Shown piece by piece: positions 39,958 to 49,096 of a stretch of 64,000 nt of DNA; the first letter of the stretch is position 1; the number at the start of each line of letters is the position of its first letter. Source of the stretch: Candidatus Wirthbacteria bacterium (GTDB lineage Bacteria > Patescibacteriota > CG2-30-54-11); contig CAISZI010000047.1 in assembly GCA_903889905.1 (NCBI GenBank), positions 16,096 through 80,095 on the forward strand. Direction: 5' to 3'. A program made the translations under genes and the position numbers. Below the pieces are notes generated by a model. The model searched no databases, had not been told where the DNA came from, and was given only the letters and a program-made list of their open reading frames with translations.

Positions 39958-40128
39958 ATTCCCCCGTAGAGACGCTCCGCCGATTCGGCGGATGATCGCA
40001 TCTCTCTTTGTCTGTTATTCCAATTCCCGTAGGGGCGATCCCTCGCGGTCGCCCTCCTCATTCCGAATGCAGGCGGCCGCCAGGGCCGCCACTACGTTAC
40101 AAAAACATTACCACCGAAAGGAAAACCC

Positions 40129-40329
40129 ATGCCCATCGTCAACGACAAAGCGTTTAACCTCAATCAATTCCAATGCAACCAGTGCGACTTCATCTACGAC
40201 CCCGCCCTCGGTGATCCCACCGGCGGCATCGCTCCTGGAACACCGTTTGCCATGATTCCTGACACTTGGGTATGCCCCGACTGCGGCGCTACCAAAGCGG
40301 ACTTCATCGAAATCAAACCCGGGTCCTAA
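40129..40329 (+). CDS. Rubredoxin
   Basis: CNQCDFIYDP ... WVCPDCGATK: two CxxC pairs with rubredoxin aromatic spacing; 66 aa. Confidence 0.9.
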   Translation: MPIVNDKAFNLNQFQCNQCDFIYDPALGDPTGGIAPGTPFAMIPDTWVCPDCGATKADFIEIKPGS

Positions 40330-40331
40330 AC

Positions 40332-41522
40332 ATGACCGCGCGCAATCTCAAACCCGATATTTTTGCCATCGGCGCCATTGACTGGCACCGGACGACCTTT
40401 GACGCGCTCGTGCCCCTGCCACACGGTACCTCGTATAATTCCTACCTCGTCATGGGCAGCGAAAAAACAGCGCTCATCGACACGGTGGAACCGGACAAGT
40501 GGGACGAACTGCTGCAGAATATCAAGGAAACGCCGGTCAAAACCATCGACTATCTGATCTCTCTTCACTCTGAGCAGGATCACTCTGGCTGCATTCCCAA
40601 AATTCTCGAACTTCATCCCGAAGCCCAAATTCTCACCAGCCCCAAAGGCAAAGAACAGCTTCAACTCCTGCTGCATCTCCCCGACGACAAGCTGCGCGTC
40701 ATGGCCGATGGAGAAACGCTTTCGCTGGGCAATAAAACTCTGACATTCATGCACGCACCCTGGGTCCACTGGCCGGACAATATGTTTTGCCATGTGGCTG
40801 AGGACAAGGTATTGTTTACCAACGACTTTTTGGGTGCTCACCTCGCCACTGACAAACTTATCGTGACCGACAAAGACGAAGTCTACAGCGAAGCCAAACG
40901 CTACTTTGCCGAAATCATGATGCCCTACCGCGCCCAGGCTGCACGCCATCTGGAACGGGTCAAAACCCTGGACCTCGACCTGATCGCCCCCAGCCACGGC
41001 CCGGTCTTCACCAAACCGTTCTGGATTCTGAACGCCTATCAGGAATGGACCGCGGACCAAACCAAAAACGAGCTGGTCATTGCCTACGTCTCGATGCACG
41101 AAAGCACGCGCCTCATGGCCAACTACTTCGCCACCAAGCTCACTGCGGCCGGCATCACCGTCCACACCTATGACCTCGCCAAAGTCGATGTCGGTGAACT
41201 GGCCATCGCCCTCGTGGACGCCACCACCCTGCTCATCGGCGCCAGCGCCGTAGTCCAGACCGCCCATCCGGTCGCCGTCTACGCCACTGCGCTCATCAAT
41301 GTTCTGCGCCCCAAGCTCAGCCACTACGGCATCTTCGGCTCCTTTGGCTGGGCGGCTAAAATCCCCGAACAACTCACCGGATTACTTCCAAGCCTCGCCA
41401 AAGCTGAGCAATTACCGCCGCTCATGGTCAAAGGGTTGCCAAAGGAAGAGGATTATGGGGAGATGGATGGGTTGGTGGAAATAATAGTGAAGAAGCATGG
41501 GGAAAAAAGATTGATGGTATAA
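40332..41522 (+). CDS. Flavodiiron protein (metallo-beta-lactamase-like diiron domain plus flavodoxin domain; O2/NO reductase)
   Basis: Diiron motif SLHSEQDHSG (H-x-E-x-D-H); C-terminal flavodoxin-like domain; begins 2 nt after the rubredoxin stop. Confidence 0.85.
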   Translation: MTARNLKPDIFAIGAIDWHRTTFDALVPLPHGTSYNSYLVMGSEKTALIDTVEPDKWDELLQNIKETPVKTIDYLISLHSEQDHSGCIPKILELHPEAQILTSPKGKEQLQLLLHLPDDKLRVMADGETLSLGNKTLTFMHAPWVHWPDNMFCHVAEDKVLFTNDFLGAHLATDKLIVTDKDEVYSEAKRYFAEIMMPYRAQAARHLERVKTLDLDLIAPSHGPVFTKPFWILNAYQEWTADQTKNELVIAYVSMHESTRLMANYFATKLTAAGITVHTYDLAKVDVGELAIALVDATTLLIGASAVVQTAHPVAVYATALINVLRPKLSHYGIFGSFGWAAKIPEQLTGLLPSLAKAEQLPPLMVKGLPKEEDYGEMDGLVEIIVKKHGEKRLMV

Positions 41523-41550
41523 AAAAGGCACCTGATTGGGTGCCTTTTTT
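41521..41550. terminator. Bidirectional rho-independent terminator
   Basis: AAAAAA GGCACC tgattg GGTGCC TTTTTT between the convergent flavodiiron-protein gene (+) and dapL (-). Confidence 0.7.
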
Positions 41551-41622
41551 CATTGCTTGCCTTTCAATAGCTCCGATTTAATGCAATAAGTTGAAATGAT
41601 CGGATAACTGAATCAAATCCTC

Positions 41623-42810
41623 CTAACCTCCTTTAAAAAAGGAGGTACAAGAAATCCTTCTCCCCGCTTCCTCCACCTCCTCCTCTCTCGCCACCAACGC
41701 AAACCGCACATATTCCCTCCCCGGATTGCTCCCATCGGCAACCTCATCCGAGATCCACTCCCCCGGTGTGACCACAATTCCAAGTTTCAACAGTCGCTCC
41801 GCCAGATCTACTCCCGTCATCCCGTCCGGCGCACGCTGCCAGAGATAAAATGTCGCCTCACTCGCCACGGGTGGAAACCCGGCTCGTGTCAAAATTGTCA
41901 GCAAAATTTCCCTTTTGCGCCGATATTCTTCACGCATCAAAGCCACGTGTTCATCATCAGCAAGCGCTGCCATGGCCGCGTCCTGGATGATCGTCGGCGT
42001 GCCGGAGTCGATGTTGGTTTTGACTTTGCGAAAAGCTGCCACGATTTCAGCGTCTCCAGCGACGAACCCGACTCGGTAACCCGTCATGTTGTTGCGCTTG
42101 GACAGGGAATAGAACGCCACCACATTCTTCTTACCAATTTCCAGAATACTCACCGGCTTGTGGTCAAAATAGATGTCGATATAGCACCCTTCATCCGCCG
42201 CCACGATAATGTTGTGCTCCTGTGCCCAAGCCACCAAGTCCTCAAGATATTGTCGCGGTGCCATCTTGCCAGTCGGTGAATTAGGATAATTGATCCAGAT
42301 GATTTTAGTCCTGGCCACCACGTCGGCTGGGATCGCGCGAAAGTCGAGCAAGAAATCATTCGCTGCCGTCAGTGGCGCAAAGTATGGAATCGCCCCTGCA
42401 AAACGCGTGCCATTCTTGTACGGCGGATACCCCGGTGTGGGACAAATCACGATGTCGCCCGGATCCACAAACCCCAACGGAAAGTTAAACACCGCCTCCT
42501 TGGAGCCGATGGTCGAAGTGATTTCGGTGGCTGGATCAAGCGTCACACCAAAGTCACGCTTCAAGTAATCGGCGCAAGCCTGACGAAACCCCATTTCCCC
42601 AACATAACTCGGGTAACCGGAATTCACCCGCTGCTGCGCGGCCTGCTGCAAAGCACTCACCACAAAGTCAGGTGTGGGTGAGGTCGGGTCGCCGACGCCA
42701 AAGTCGATCACCGAGACACCCTGCGCTTTGAGCTTGCGCACCTCCTCATCAATCCGGGCAAAGGCGTACGGCGCGGTCTGGGAAATTCTTTGTGAGAGTC
42801 GAATGGTCAT
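41623..42810 (-). CDS. dapL: LL-diaminopimelate aminotransferase (class I/II PLP aminotransferase, DapL-type)
   Basis: Aminotransferase class-I fold; N-terminus MTIRLSQRISQTAPYAFARIDEEV...VIDFGVGDP typical of DapL; last gene of the dap/lys operon. Confidence 0.75.
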   Translation of the reverse strand: MTIRLSQRISQTAPYAFARIDEEVRKLKAQGVSVIDFGVGDPTSPTPDFVVSALQQAAQQRVNSGYPSYVGEMGFRQACADYLKRDFGVTLDPATEITSTIGSKEAVFNFPLGFVDPGDIVICPTPGYPPYKNGTRFAGAIPYFAPLTAANDFLLDFRAIPADVVARTKIIWINYPNSPTGKMAPRQYLEDLVAWAQEHNIIVAADEGCYIDIYFDHKPVSILEIGKKNVVAFYSLSKRNNMTGYRVGFVAGDAEIVAAFRKVKTNIDSGTPTIIQDAAMAALADDEHVALMREEYRRKREILLTILTRAGFPPVASEATFYLWQRAPDGMTGVDLAERLLKLGIVVTPGEWISDEVADGSNPGREYVRFALVAREEEVEEAGRRISCTSFFKGG

Positions 42811-42812
42811 GA

Positions 42813-44066
42813 TTACTCCAACGCAAAAGGTAAAATCGTTTGCATTAAATCCTGTACCGTCTCGGCGCGACGGATGTGCACCAGCTCGCCGGTGGTACGC
42901 AACAGGTATTCGTCCGACCGCGTCCGGCCATTGTAATTGTGCCCCATGGCATAGCTGTGCGCGCCCGCATTGTGAATCACCACGCTGTCGCCAGGTTCAA
43001 GGTGCGGTAACTCGCGCGACTTGGCAAACTGGTCATTGTTTTCACAAAGGCGACCTACGACGTTGACAGTTTCTAAAGGTTCGTCAACTGATTTACCCAA
43101 CACACTCACGTGGTGGTACGCGTCATAAATCGCCGGCCTCGGCAAATCATTCATCCCGGCATCCACACCTGCAAACCGCGTGTACCCGTCCTTGATCACG
43201 TTGACCCGCGTCACCAGAAATCCAGCATCCGCCATCACCAGGCGACCGGGTTCGATCATCAATCTTGGCTCGTGCATACCAAACTGCGGCAACACCTCGT
43301 CAAACGCCGCCCTGATATTTCGTGCCACCACGCCAAGGTCAAGCGATGCTTCGTCCGGTCGATAAGGAACGCCAAAACCGCCACCCACGTTCAGCGTCTC
43401 AAACTCGATACCCAACTCCCGATGAACGGTTCCAGCCACCTCAAGGAGCTTCCGTGTGACCAACCCAAAGTATGTTTCATCCCGCACATTGCTCCCCGTC
43501 ATCATGTGAATCCCAAAGCGCCGTAGGCCCATTTCCTTGGCCGCGCGGTAAGCCTCGGCGGCTCGTTCCCACGGCACACCATACTTCGCGTCCGGCCCGG
43601 CAAACAGCAAACTTTTCATGCTGCCACTGGTGATACCCGGATTAATCCTAAAGGACAAAAATTCAGGCACACCCATTTTCCTCACTGTTTCCAACATCGA
43701 AATATCGTCCAGGTTGAGCAGCAAATGTGGTGTGTCCAGGACTTCGCGAATTTCAACCTCGCTCAAATAATTTCCCGTGTGCATGCCATGGTTCCCAAGT
43801 TGCCGCAGGAAAAACACTTCGCTCGGACTCGAGCAGTCAAAACCAAAACCCTCACTTTGTATGATTTTCAACACATGCGGATTGGCATTGGCCTTGACGG
43901 CGTAGAGTGGGGAAAAGCCGGGGAACAAGGGTTCAAAAACCTTCTTGAGTCGTTGGCAGTTGTACCGAATCCGCTCTTCCTCGTACAGAAAAAATGGCGT
44001 CGGGAATTGCTTGGCGGCACGCTCAATATCATTGGCCGGATAACGAACCACATCGCGATTAACCAT
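42813..44066 (-). CDS. lysA: Diaminopimelate decarboxylase
   Basis: Fold-III PLP decarboxylase with YAVKAN PLP-lysine motif, EPGR, and C-terminal CESxD-like region; start ATG at 44064-44066 preceded by GAGG. Confidence 0.9.
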   Translation of the reverse strand: MVNRDVVRYPANDIERAAKQFPTPFFLYEEERIRYNCQRLKKVFEPLFPGFSPLYAVKANANPHVLKIIQSEGFGFDCSSPSEVFFLRQLGNHGMHTGNYLSEVEIREVLDTPHLLLNLDDISMLETVRKMGVPEFLSFRINPGITSGSMKSLLFAGPDAKYGVPWERAAEAYRAAKEMGLRRFGIHMMTGSNVRDETYFGLVTRKLLEVAGTVHRELGIEFETLNVGGGFGVPYRPDEASLDLGVVARNIRAAFDEVLPQFGMHEPRLMIEPGRLVMADAGFLVTRVNVIKDGYTRFAGVDAGMNDLPRPAIYDAYHHVSVLGKSVDEPLETVNVVGRLCENNDQFAKSRELPHLEPGDSVVIHNAGAHSYAMGHNYNGRTRSDEYLLRTTGELVHIRRAETVQDLMQTILPFALE

Positions 44067-45099
44067 GGTGTTGCCTCGCTGTGATGTAACCTTGATAAAC
44101 CAATAACTCCGCGAGCAAAATCGCTCCACCCGCCGCGCCACGAATGGTGTTATGCGAGAGGCCGATCATTTTCCATCCCGACTCGTCGGGACGAATCCTC
44201 CCCACGCTGATCGCCATGCCGTGCTCCAGATCCCGATCCAGTCGCGTCTGCGGTCGGTCTGCTTCGCTCAAAACGTGGATAAACTGCCGCGGCGCCGACG
44301 GTAAATCCATGGCTGCAAGGGGATTGGAATAGTTGGTCAAAGCCGCTTCGACATCTGCCTGTTTTACTTTTTTATCCAGCTCTACAAACAAACTGGCCAT
44401 GTGGCCATTAGAAACCGAGACGCGTATACACGTCGCCGAGATCTCAAGATTGGACATTGGCACGATTGCACCATGTTTAAGCGTGCCCAAAATTATTAAA
44501 GGCTCCTGCTCCGTCTTTTCCTCTTCGCCGCCAATAAACGGAATGACATTGTCCTGCATCTCCGGCCACGATTCCAGCATCTTGCCGGCACCCGAAACTG
44601 CCTGCAAAGTCGTGACCAACACGCGTCTCACCCCAAAAGATTCCAGCGCCTTGACCATTGGCAAAAACGACTGCACCGAACAATTGGGCTTGACTGCAAT
44701 CAGTCCGCGACCCAGACCAAGCACTTGGCGCTGATGATCAATCAAAGCCGAGTGCGTCGGATTGATCTCCGGCATGATGATCGGGACAAGCGGATTGGAG
44801 CGATGTGCCGAATTATTAGACACCACCGCCACCCCGCGCTTGGCGTAAACCATTTCCAACGCTCTTGTTTCTTCGCGGTCAAAATTGATCGCCGAAAACA
44901 CCACATCCACCTCACGACAAACCTCATCGACATCATGAATCCCATCCCTCACCATCAATTCCCCGAGCCGCTTCCCCGCCGACCGCTCCGACGCCAAAAC
45001 CGCCACGACCTCAAACCACGGATGCCTCGCCAACAAACTCACAAACCGCTGCCCCACCATGCCTGTCGCGCCCAATATTCCCACCCGCAATCTATTCAT
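44059..45099 (-). CDS. asd: Aspartate-semialdehyde dehydrogenase
   Basis: N-terminal GILGATGMVGQRF Rossmann motif; catalytic-Cys region (CSVQ); AGGAG RBS before the ATG at 45097-45099; 8-nt overlap with lysA. Confidence 0.9.
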   Translation of the reverse strand: MNRLRVGILGATGMVGQRFVSLLARHPWFEVVAVLASERSAGKRLGELMVRDGIHDVDEVCREVDVVFSAINFDREETRALEMVYAKRGVAVVSNNSAHRSNPLVPIIMPEINPTHSALIDHQRQVLGLGRGLIAVKPNCSVQSFLPMVKALESFGVRRVLVTTLQAVSGAGKMLESWPEMQDNVIPFIGGEEEKTEQEPLIILGTLKHGAIVPMSNLEISATCIRVSVSNGHMASLFVELDKKVKQADVEAALTNYSNPLAAMDLPSAPRQFIHVLSEADRPQTRLDRDLEHGMAISVGRIRPDESGWKMIGLSHNTIRGAAGGAILLAELLVYQGYITARQHHG

Positions 45100-46003
45100 G
45101 GTTAACTCCTTGGACAAGACCAAGACGCACCAATTCCCCACGTAACTTTTCAAAGTTTTCCGCCTGCATCGGACACATCGGCAATCGAAAAACTGGTTCC
45201 AAAAACCCCATCAACCCGAGCGCAGTCTTGACCGGGATCGGATTGCTTTCGACAAAGTTAACGTTCATCAAATTCAAATACCGATAATGCAATTCTCTTG
45301 CTGCTTCAAATTTCTCTTCCAACCCCAAATGCATCATTTGGGCAAACTCAGCCGGGATCTCGTTAGCCACCACCGAAATGCCGCCATCGCCACCTAATGC
45401 GACGATCGGCATTGCCAACGCATCATCACCACTGAATACTTTGAACCCTTCTGGCCGCCCCTGCAGAATTGCCATAATCTGCCCCATATCACCGCTCGCT
45501 TCCTTGACCCCAATGATGTTCGGGTTTGTTTGTGCCAGCTCCAACAAAGTGGCAACCGGAATATTGCGCCCGGTTCGGCCAGGTACGTTGTAAACAATGA
45601 TCGGAAGTTCCGTTGACCGCGCCACAACGCCAAAGTGCTGCAACAACCCATCCGCCGTCGGCTTGTTGTAATACGGCCCCACCACCAGCAAACCATCCAC
45701 ACCGCAAGCCTGGGCCACGGCGCAGTTTTCGATCGTCCTGGCCGTCGAGTTACTACCGGCGCCGGCGATTACCGGGATCGTGTGGTGAACTCGCTCCACA
45801 ACGCATCGCATCATCTCTCGATATTCACTTTCACTCAGCGTCGGCGTTTCGCCGGTCGTGCCGCAAACGACAATGCCATCGGTATGGTTAGCCAAGTGAA
45901 AATCAACCAACCGCTCCAATGCGCCAAAGTCAACACTTTCATCGGCCACAAACGGTGTCACGATAGCGACAATGGAGCCGCGAAGATTGGTTAGAGTGTT
46001 CAT
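45092..46003 (-). CDS. dapA: 4-hydroxy-tetrahydrodipicolinate synthase
   Basis: DapA signatures (GSIVAIVTPF, GTTGE, catalytic Lys in IGVKEASGD); 8-nt overlap with asd; ATG chosen over the upstream TTG. Confidence 0.9.
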   Translation of the reverse strand: MNTLTNLRGSIVAIVTPFVADESVDFGALERLVDFHLANHTDGIVVCGTTGETPTLSESEYREMMRCVVERVHHTIPVIAGAGSNSTARTIENCAVAQACGVDGLLVVGPYYNKPTADGLLQHFGVVARSTELPIIVYNVPGRTGRNIPVATLLELAQTNPNIIGVKEASGDMGQIMAILQGRPEGFKVFSGDDALAMPIVALGGDGGISVVANEIPAEFAQMMHLGLEEKFEAARELHYRYLNLMNVNFVESNPIPVKTALGLMGFLEPVFRLPMCPMQAENFEKLRGELVRLGLVQGVNHE

Positions 46004-46042
46004 GAAAAAACTCAAAATTAAAAATTATTTACCATCTTGAAC

Positions 46043-46147
46043 AACTGTCATTGCGAGGAACCTCGTTCTGACGGGGTGACGTGGCAATCTCTCTTCCCTC
46101 CTATTACAGAAAGATTGCCACGTCGAGGACTCCTCGCAATGACAGTC
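46043..46147 (-). repeat. Nested ~105-nt inverted repeat in the dapB-dapA intercistronic space (15-bp outer and 12-bp inner perfect stems)
   Basis: On the mRNA strand: CUGUCAUUGCGAGGA...UCCUCGCAAUGACAG (outer) and GACGUGGCAAUC...GAUUGCCACGUC (inner); GGAGGG lies in the terminal loop; a C6-ttgtaa-G6 hairpin sits just upstream at 46159-46176. Confidence 0.6.
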
Positions 46148-46182
46148 TTTTCTTACCCCCTTGTAAGGGGGGCGCAGGGCGA

Positions 46183-46968
46183 TTAGTTTTCTGACTTGTC
46201 CAGCATTTCTTCAATTACCCGATCAAATGTGTAATAACCCGGTTCCATCTGCTGCCTAAACCACTGCATCGCCATCAAGGCTCCGCTTGCATACGTACTG
46301 CGGTCCAGCGTCTGCTGCGTCAGCGTGATGACATCGGTACCGGAATCAAAAATCACCTGATGCATGCCCTGATTTTCACCTTGCCGCAAACATGCTACGT
46401 GCAACTCGTCGTCACGGATGGCGCGATCGGCGTGGCCAAAAAGGCAAGATTTTTTGACAATGAATTCCTCCAACACAATCTCGGCCAGGGCTTTGGCTGT
46501 TCCGCTTGGCATATCGACTTTGTGGCGGTGATGGATTTCCAGAATCGCCGGGTCGAATTCCGCAAAGCGGCCCAACATCATCGACGCCTGCCGTACCATC
46601 CGGGCAAACAACGCCGTGGCCACGGAAAAGTTCGCGCCATACAACAAGTACAACTGCCGCTCTTGCACCAGTCGCATCACCTCATCCCGCTGCCCGGTCC
46701 AACCACTTGTACCAACTACAAGGCGAATCTCAGGATGATGCGCGGCGACTTCCTCCAGTAATTCCATCACCCCTTGGCCACTGGAGAAATCGATGATGGC
46801 GTCGACATTTTTCAAATTCACATCCTGCATTACCCGGTGTGTGGCATCGGTCGCATGCGGGTCAACGATGGCGACCACCCGTAAACTTGGATCCTGCTCT
46901 GCTGCGCTCACGACCAGACGACCCACCTTGCCATAACCATTCACCAATACTCGCGTCAGTTGCTGCAT
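46183..46968 (-). CDS. dapB: 4-hydroxy-tetrahydrodipicolinate reductase
   Basis: N-terminal Rossmann motif (VLVNGYGKVGR); the HHRHKVDMPSGTA motif characteristic of DapB. Confidence 0.9.
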   Translation of the reverse strand: MQQLTRVLVNGYGKVGRLVVSAAEQDPSLRVVAIVDPHATDATHRVMQDVNLKNVDAIIDFSSGQGVMELLEEVAAHHPEIRLVVGTSGWTGQRDEVMRLVQERQLYLLYGANFSVATALFARMVRQASMMLGRFAEFDPAILEIHHRHKVDMPSGTAKALAEIVLEEFIVKKSCLFGHADRAIRDDELHVACLRQGENQGMHQVIFDSGTDVITLTQQTLDRSTYASGALMAMQWFRQQMEPGYYTFDRVIEEMLDKSEN

Positions 46969-46977
46969 CGCTATTCC

Positions 46978-48282
46978 TTAATTTGAAAATTGAAGCATAA
47001 AATCATGACAAATCTGTAACGCCTGACGCACGCATTGTTCTGGTACAACCAGCGTCAGGTTAAGCGCCGAATTGCCAAAGGAGATTACATCAACAGCAAT
47101 CTGATTCGCCTTAAGTACACCCAACAAATCGCCCATCAATGCGTGGGATTGTAACAACGGACTGATGACCGCCAGTAGCGCCCGCATCGGTCGCACACTG
47201 ATTTCCCCCAGTGCTGACAATCTGGCGACCAGAGACGATTGCTGAACTTCATTGAGTCCCTCCACCGTGGCCGTGACCGACGCTTCCGAGGCCGCCACGA
47301 TGTCAACGCTCAAACCCTGCTGAGAAAAAACTCGAAACAATCGGGCCAGATATCCTACCGCCCCGATCATCGCCGGATTGTAAACCGTAACCGCCGAAAT
47401 GCCGCTTTGCGCCGTCACCACAAAGTTGCCCCCGTGTGACTGCGTCGAAATCGTTGTCCCTGAGCAATTTGGATTAAATGTATTCAAAACCTTAACCGGA
47501 ATTCCGGCCGCTATCGCCGGAATCAAACTGCGTGCACACAAAATCTTGGCCCCAAAATTGGCACATTCCACCGCTTCGGGATAACTCATGCTTGCCAGCA
47601 AACGCGTACCAGTAACGAGGCGAGGGTCGGCCGTCATCATTCCATCCTGATCTGACCAGATTTCCACGCAGTCGGCATCGAGGCATTGCCCAACCAATGT
47701 TGCCGTCAAATCCGACCCGCCGCGTCCCAGTGTTGTCGTCTGTCCTTGACGCGTGGCACCTATAAAGCCGGTCAAAATCGGCAAAATCCGCCTTTCCAAA
47801 AGGGGTCGGATGCTTCGCCGCAACCTAGCACGCGTCAGTCCCAACAAATAGGCCGCGTTGCCAAAACACGCATCCGTCACCACCAGGCCACGCGTATCCA
47901 CGGCTTCGGCTTCCATACCACGCAAAGAAAAAAAAGCAGCAAGCAGCTGCGCCGATATTAATTCCCCATAACTCGCCACCCGATCGGCTACTTCCTCCCG
48001 CGGCAAATCCAACTGTAAATCCTTCCGCAAGGCCGCCAGCCATGGCTTAACAACAATACTTTCAACCCCGAGTTCCATCGCCAAGCCCAAGATCCGATCA
48101 TCAACCCGTTCCATCAGTTCGGTATCGTCCAGGCATTGCAGCAATAAATTGGTCACGCCACTTTGGGCTGACACCACGACGACTTTTTGTGCCGCTTGGT
48201 CTAGAGTAACAATCGCCAACAAACTTTCGATCGCCGCCTGAGTTCCAACCGACGTTCCCCCAAACTTCATGACCTTGAGCAT
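46978..48282 (-). CDS. lysC: Aspartate kinase
   Basis: KFGGTSV motif; ATP-binding and C-terminal ACT regions; 434 aa. Confidence 0.9.
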   Translation of the reverse strand: MLKVMKFGGTSVGTQAAIESLLAIVTLDQAAQKVVVVSAQSGVTNLLLQCLDDTELMERVDDRILGLAMELGVESIVVKPWLAALRKDLQLDLPREEVADRVASYGELISAQLLAAFFSLRGMEAEAVDTRGLVVTDACFGNAAYLLGLTRARLRRSIRPLLERRILPILTGFIGATRQGQTTTLGRGGSDLTATLVGQCLDADCVEIWSDQDGMMTADPRLVTGTRLLASMSYPEAVECANFGAKILCARSLIPAIAAGIPVKVLNTFNPNCSGTTISTQSHGGNFVVTAQSGISAVTVYNPAMIGAVGYLARLFRVFSQQGLSVDIVAASEASVTATVEGLNEVQQSSLVARLSALGEISVRPMRALLAVISPLLQSHALMGDLLGVLKANQIAVDVISFGNSALNLTLVVPEQCVRQALQICHDFMLQFSN

Positions 48283-48314
48283 TTTTGTGGGCAGTTAAAA
48301 TATAAACTGCCTCT

Positions 48315-48343
48315 ATCTTAGGAACGGTTTTTGTTGGCGTCAA
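48315..48343 (-). promoter_or_regulatory. Putative lysC-operon promoter (TTGACG-17-TAAGAT), back-to-back with a divergent promoter
   Basis: Minus-strand -35 TTGACG and -10 TAAGAT with a 17-nt spacer; leaves only a ~25-nt leader (no room for an L-box riboswitch). Confidence 0.4.
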
Positions 48344-48347
48344 AAAA

Positions 48348-48376
48348 TTGCAATAAGTGAACAAATAATTTATTAT
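48348..48376 (+). promoter_or_regulatory. Putative promoter (TTGCAA-17-TATTAT) of the divergent ACT-domain gene
   Basis: Plus-strand hexamers with 17-nt spacing, about 28 nt upstream of the ATG at 48404. Confidence 0.4.
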
Positions 48377-48403
48377 TTGTTTAGATTTAAACAAAGGAAC
48401 CCC

Positions 48404-49066
48404 ATGATTACCGTCGCCACCATCACTGCCGAACTGGTTCATCAGATGCCGTTTATCGAAGAAGGGCTTGAACAAAACCTGATCAACCTTTCGCAGCTCG
48501 CCCGCCAGTTGCAACCCAAAATCCAGCAACGCCTGCTCAAAGACGTCCAGCTTGGCGCCATCATGATGGCTCTCAAGCGCCTGGTACCGAGCTACAAGGC
48601 ACACTTTGGCGAACTGCAGGAAATCCTCGACCAGATGGGTGATATTGCCGTCAAATCGCATCTGGTGGGGTACACGTTCATGAATTCACCTACCCTCGCG
48701 CATCGCTTTGATGAACTCATAAGTCAGCGCAAGACCAACCCAAACCGGTTTCTCACGCTATCCCAAGGCATTTATGAAACGTCGCTCATCATCGACGCCG
48801 AATACGACAGCCAGATCACTAAGCTATTCAGGCAAGAAAAGGTGATTGTCCGCATTGCCAATATTTCCTCACTCACCATCAAACTGCCACCCAGCAATAT
48901 CCATATCCCGGGTGTTTACTACACCATCCTCAAGCTACTAGCCTGGCAAGGCATCAACCTCACCGACGTCGTCTCCACCGCCAATGAACTGACCATCCTC
49001 ATGGAGGACCAGTACATCGACAGGGCCTTTTCACTGCTCAAGAACCGGGCCAACAAACAACTCTGA
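48404..49066 (+). CDS. ACT-domain-like protein, divergently transcribed from lysC
   Basis: AGGA RBS; C-terminal half (IHIPGVYYTILKLLAWQGINLTDVVSTANELTILMED) resembles the ACT regulatory domains of aspartokinases. Confidence 0.45.
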   Translation: MITVATITAELVHQMPFIEEGLEQNLINLSQLARQLQPKIQQRLLKDVQLGAIMMALKRLVPSYKAHFGELQEILDQMGDIAVKSHLVGYTFMNSPTLAHRFDELISQRKTNPNRFLTLSQGIYETSLIIDAEYDSQITKLFRQEKVIVRIANISSLTIKLPPSNIHIPGVYYTILKLLAWQGINLTDVVSTANELTILMEDQYIDRAFSLLKNRANKQL

Positions 49067-49096
49067 CCATCACCAGCATCATTCCTCGACAATCGC

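Noticed and set aside
40326-41372. 348-aa minus-strand ORF
   Set aside because: Antisense to the flavodiiron protein gene; Gly/Asp/Val-rich shadow frame.
48283-48403. Possible lysine (L-box) riboswitch upstream of lysC
   Set aside because: The best promoter leaves only about 25 nt of leader, the spacer is 120 nt and AT-rich, and no L-box-like helices are visible.
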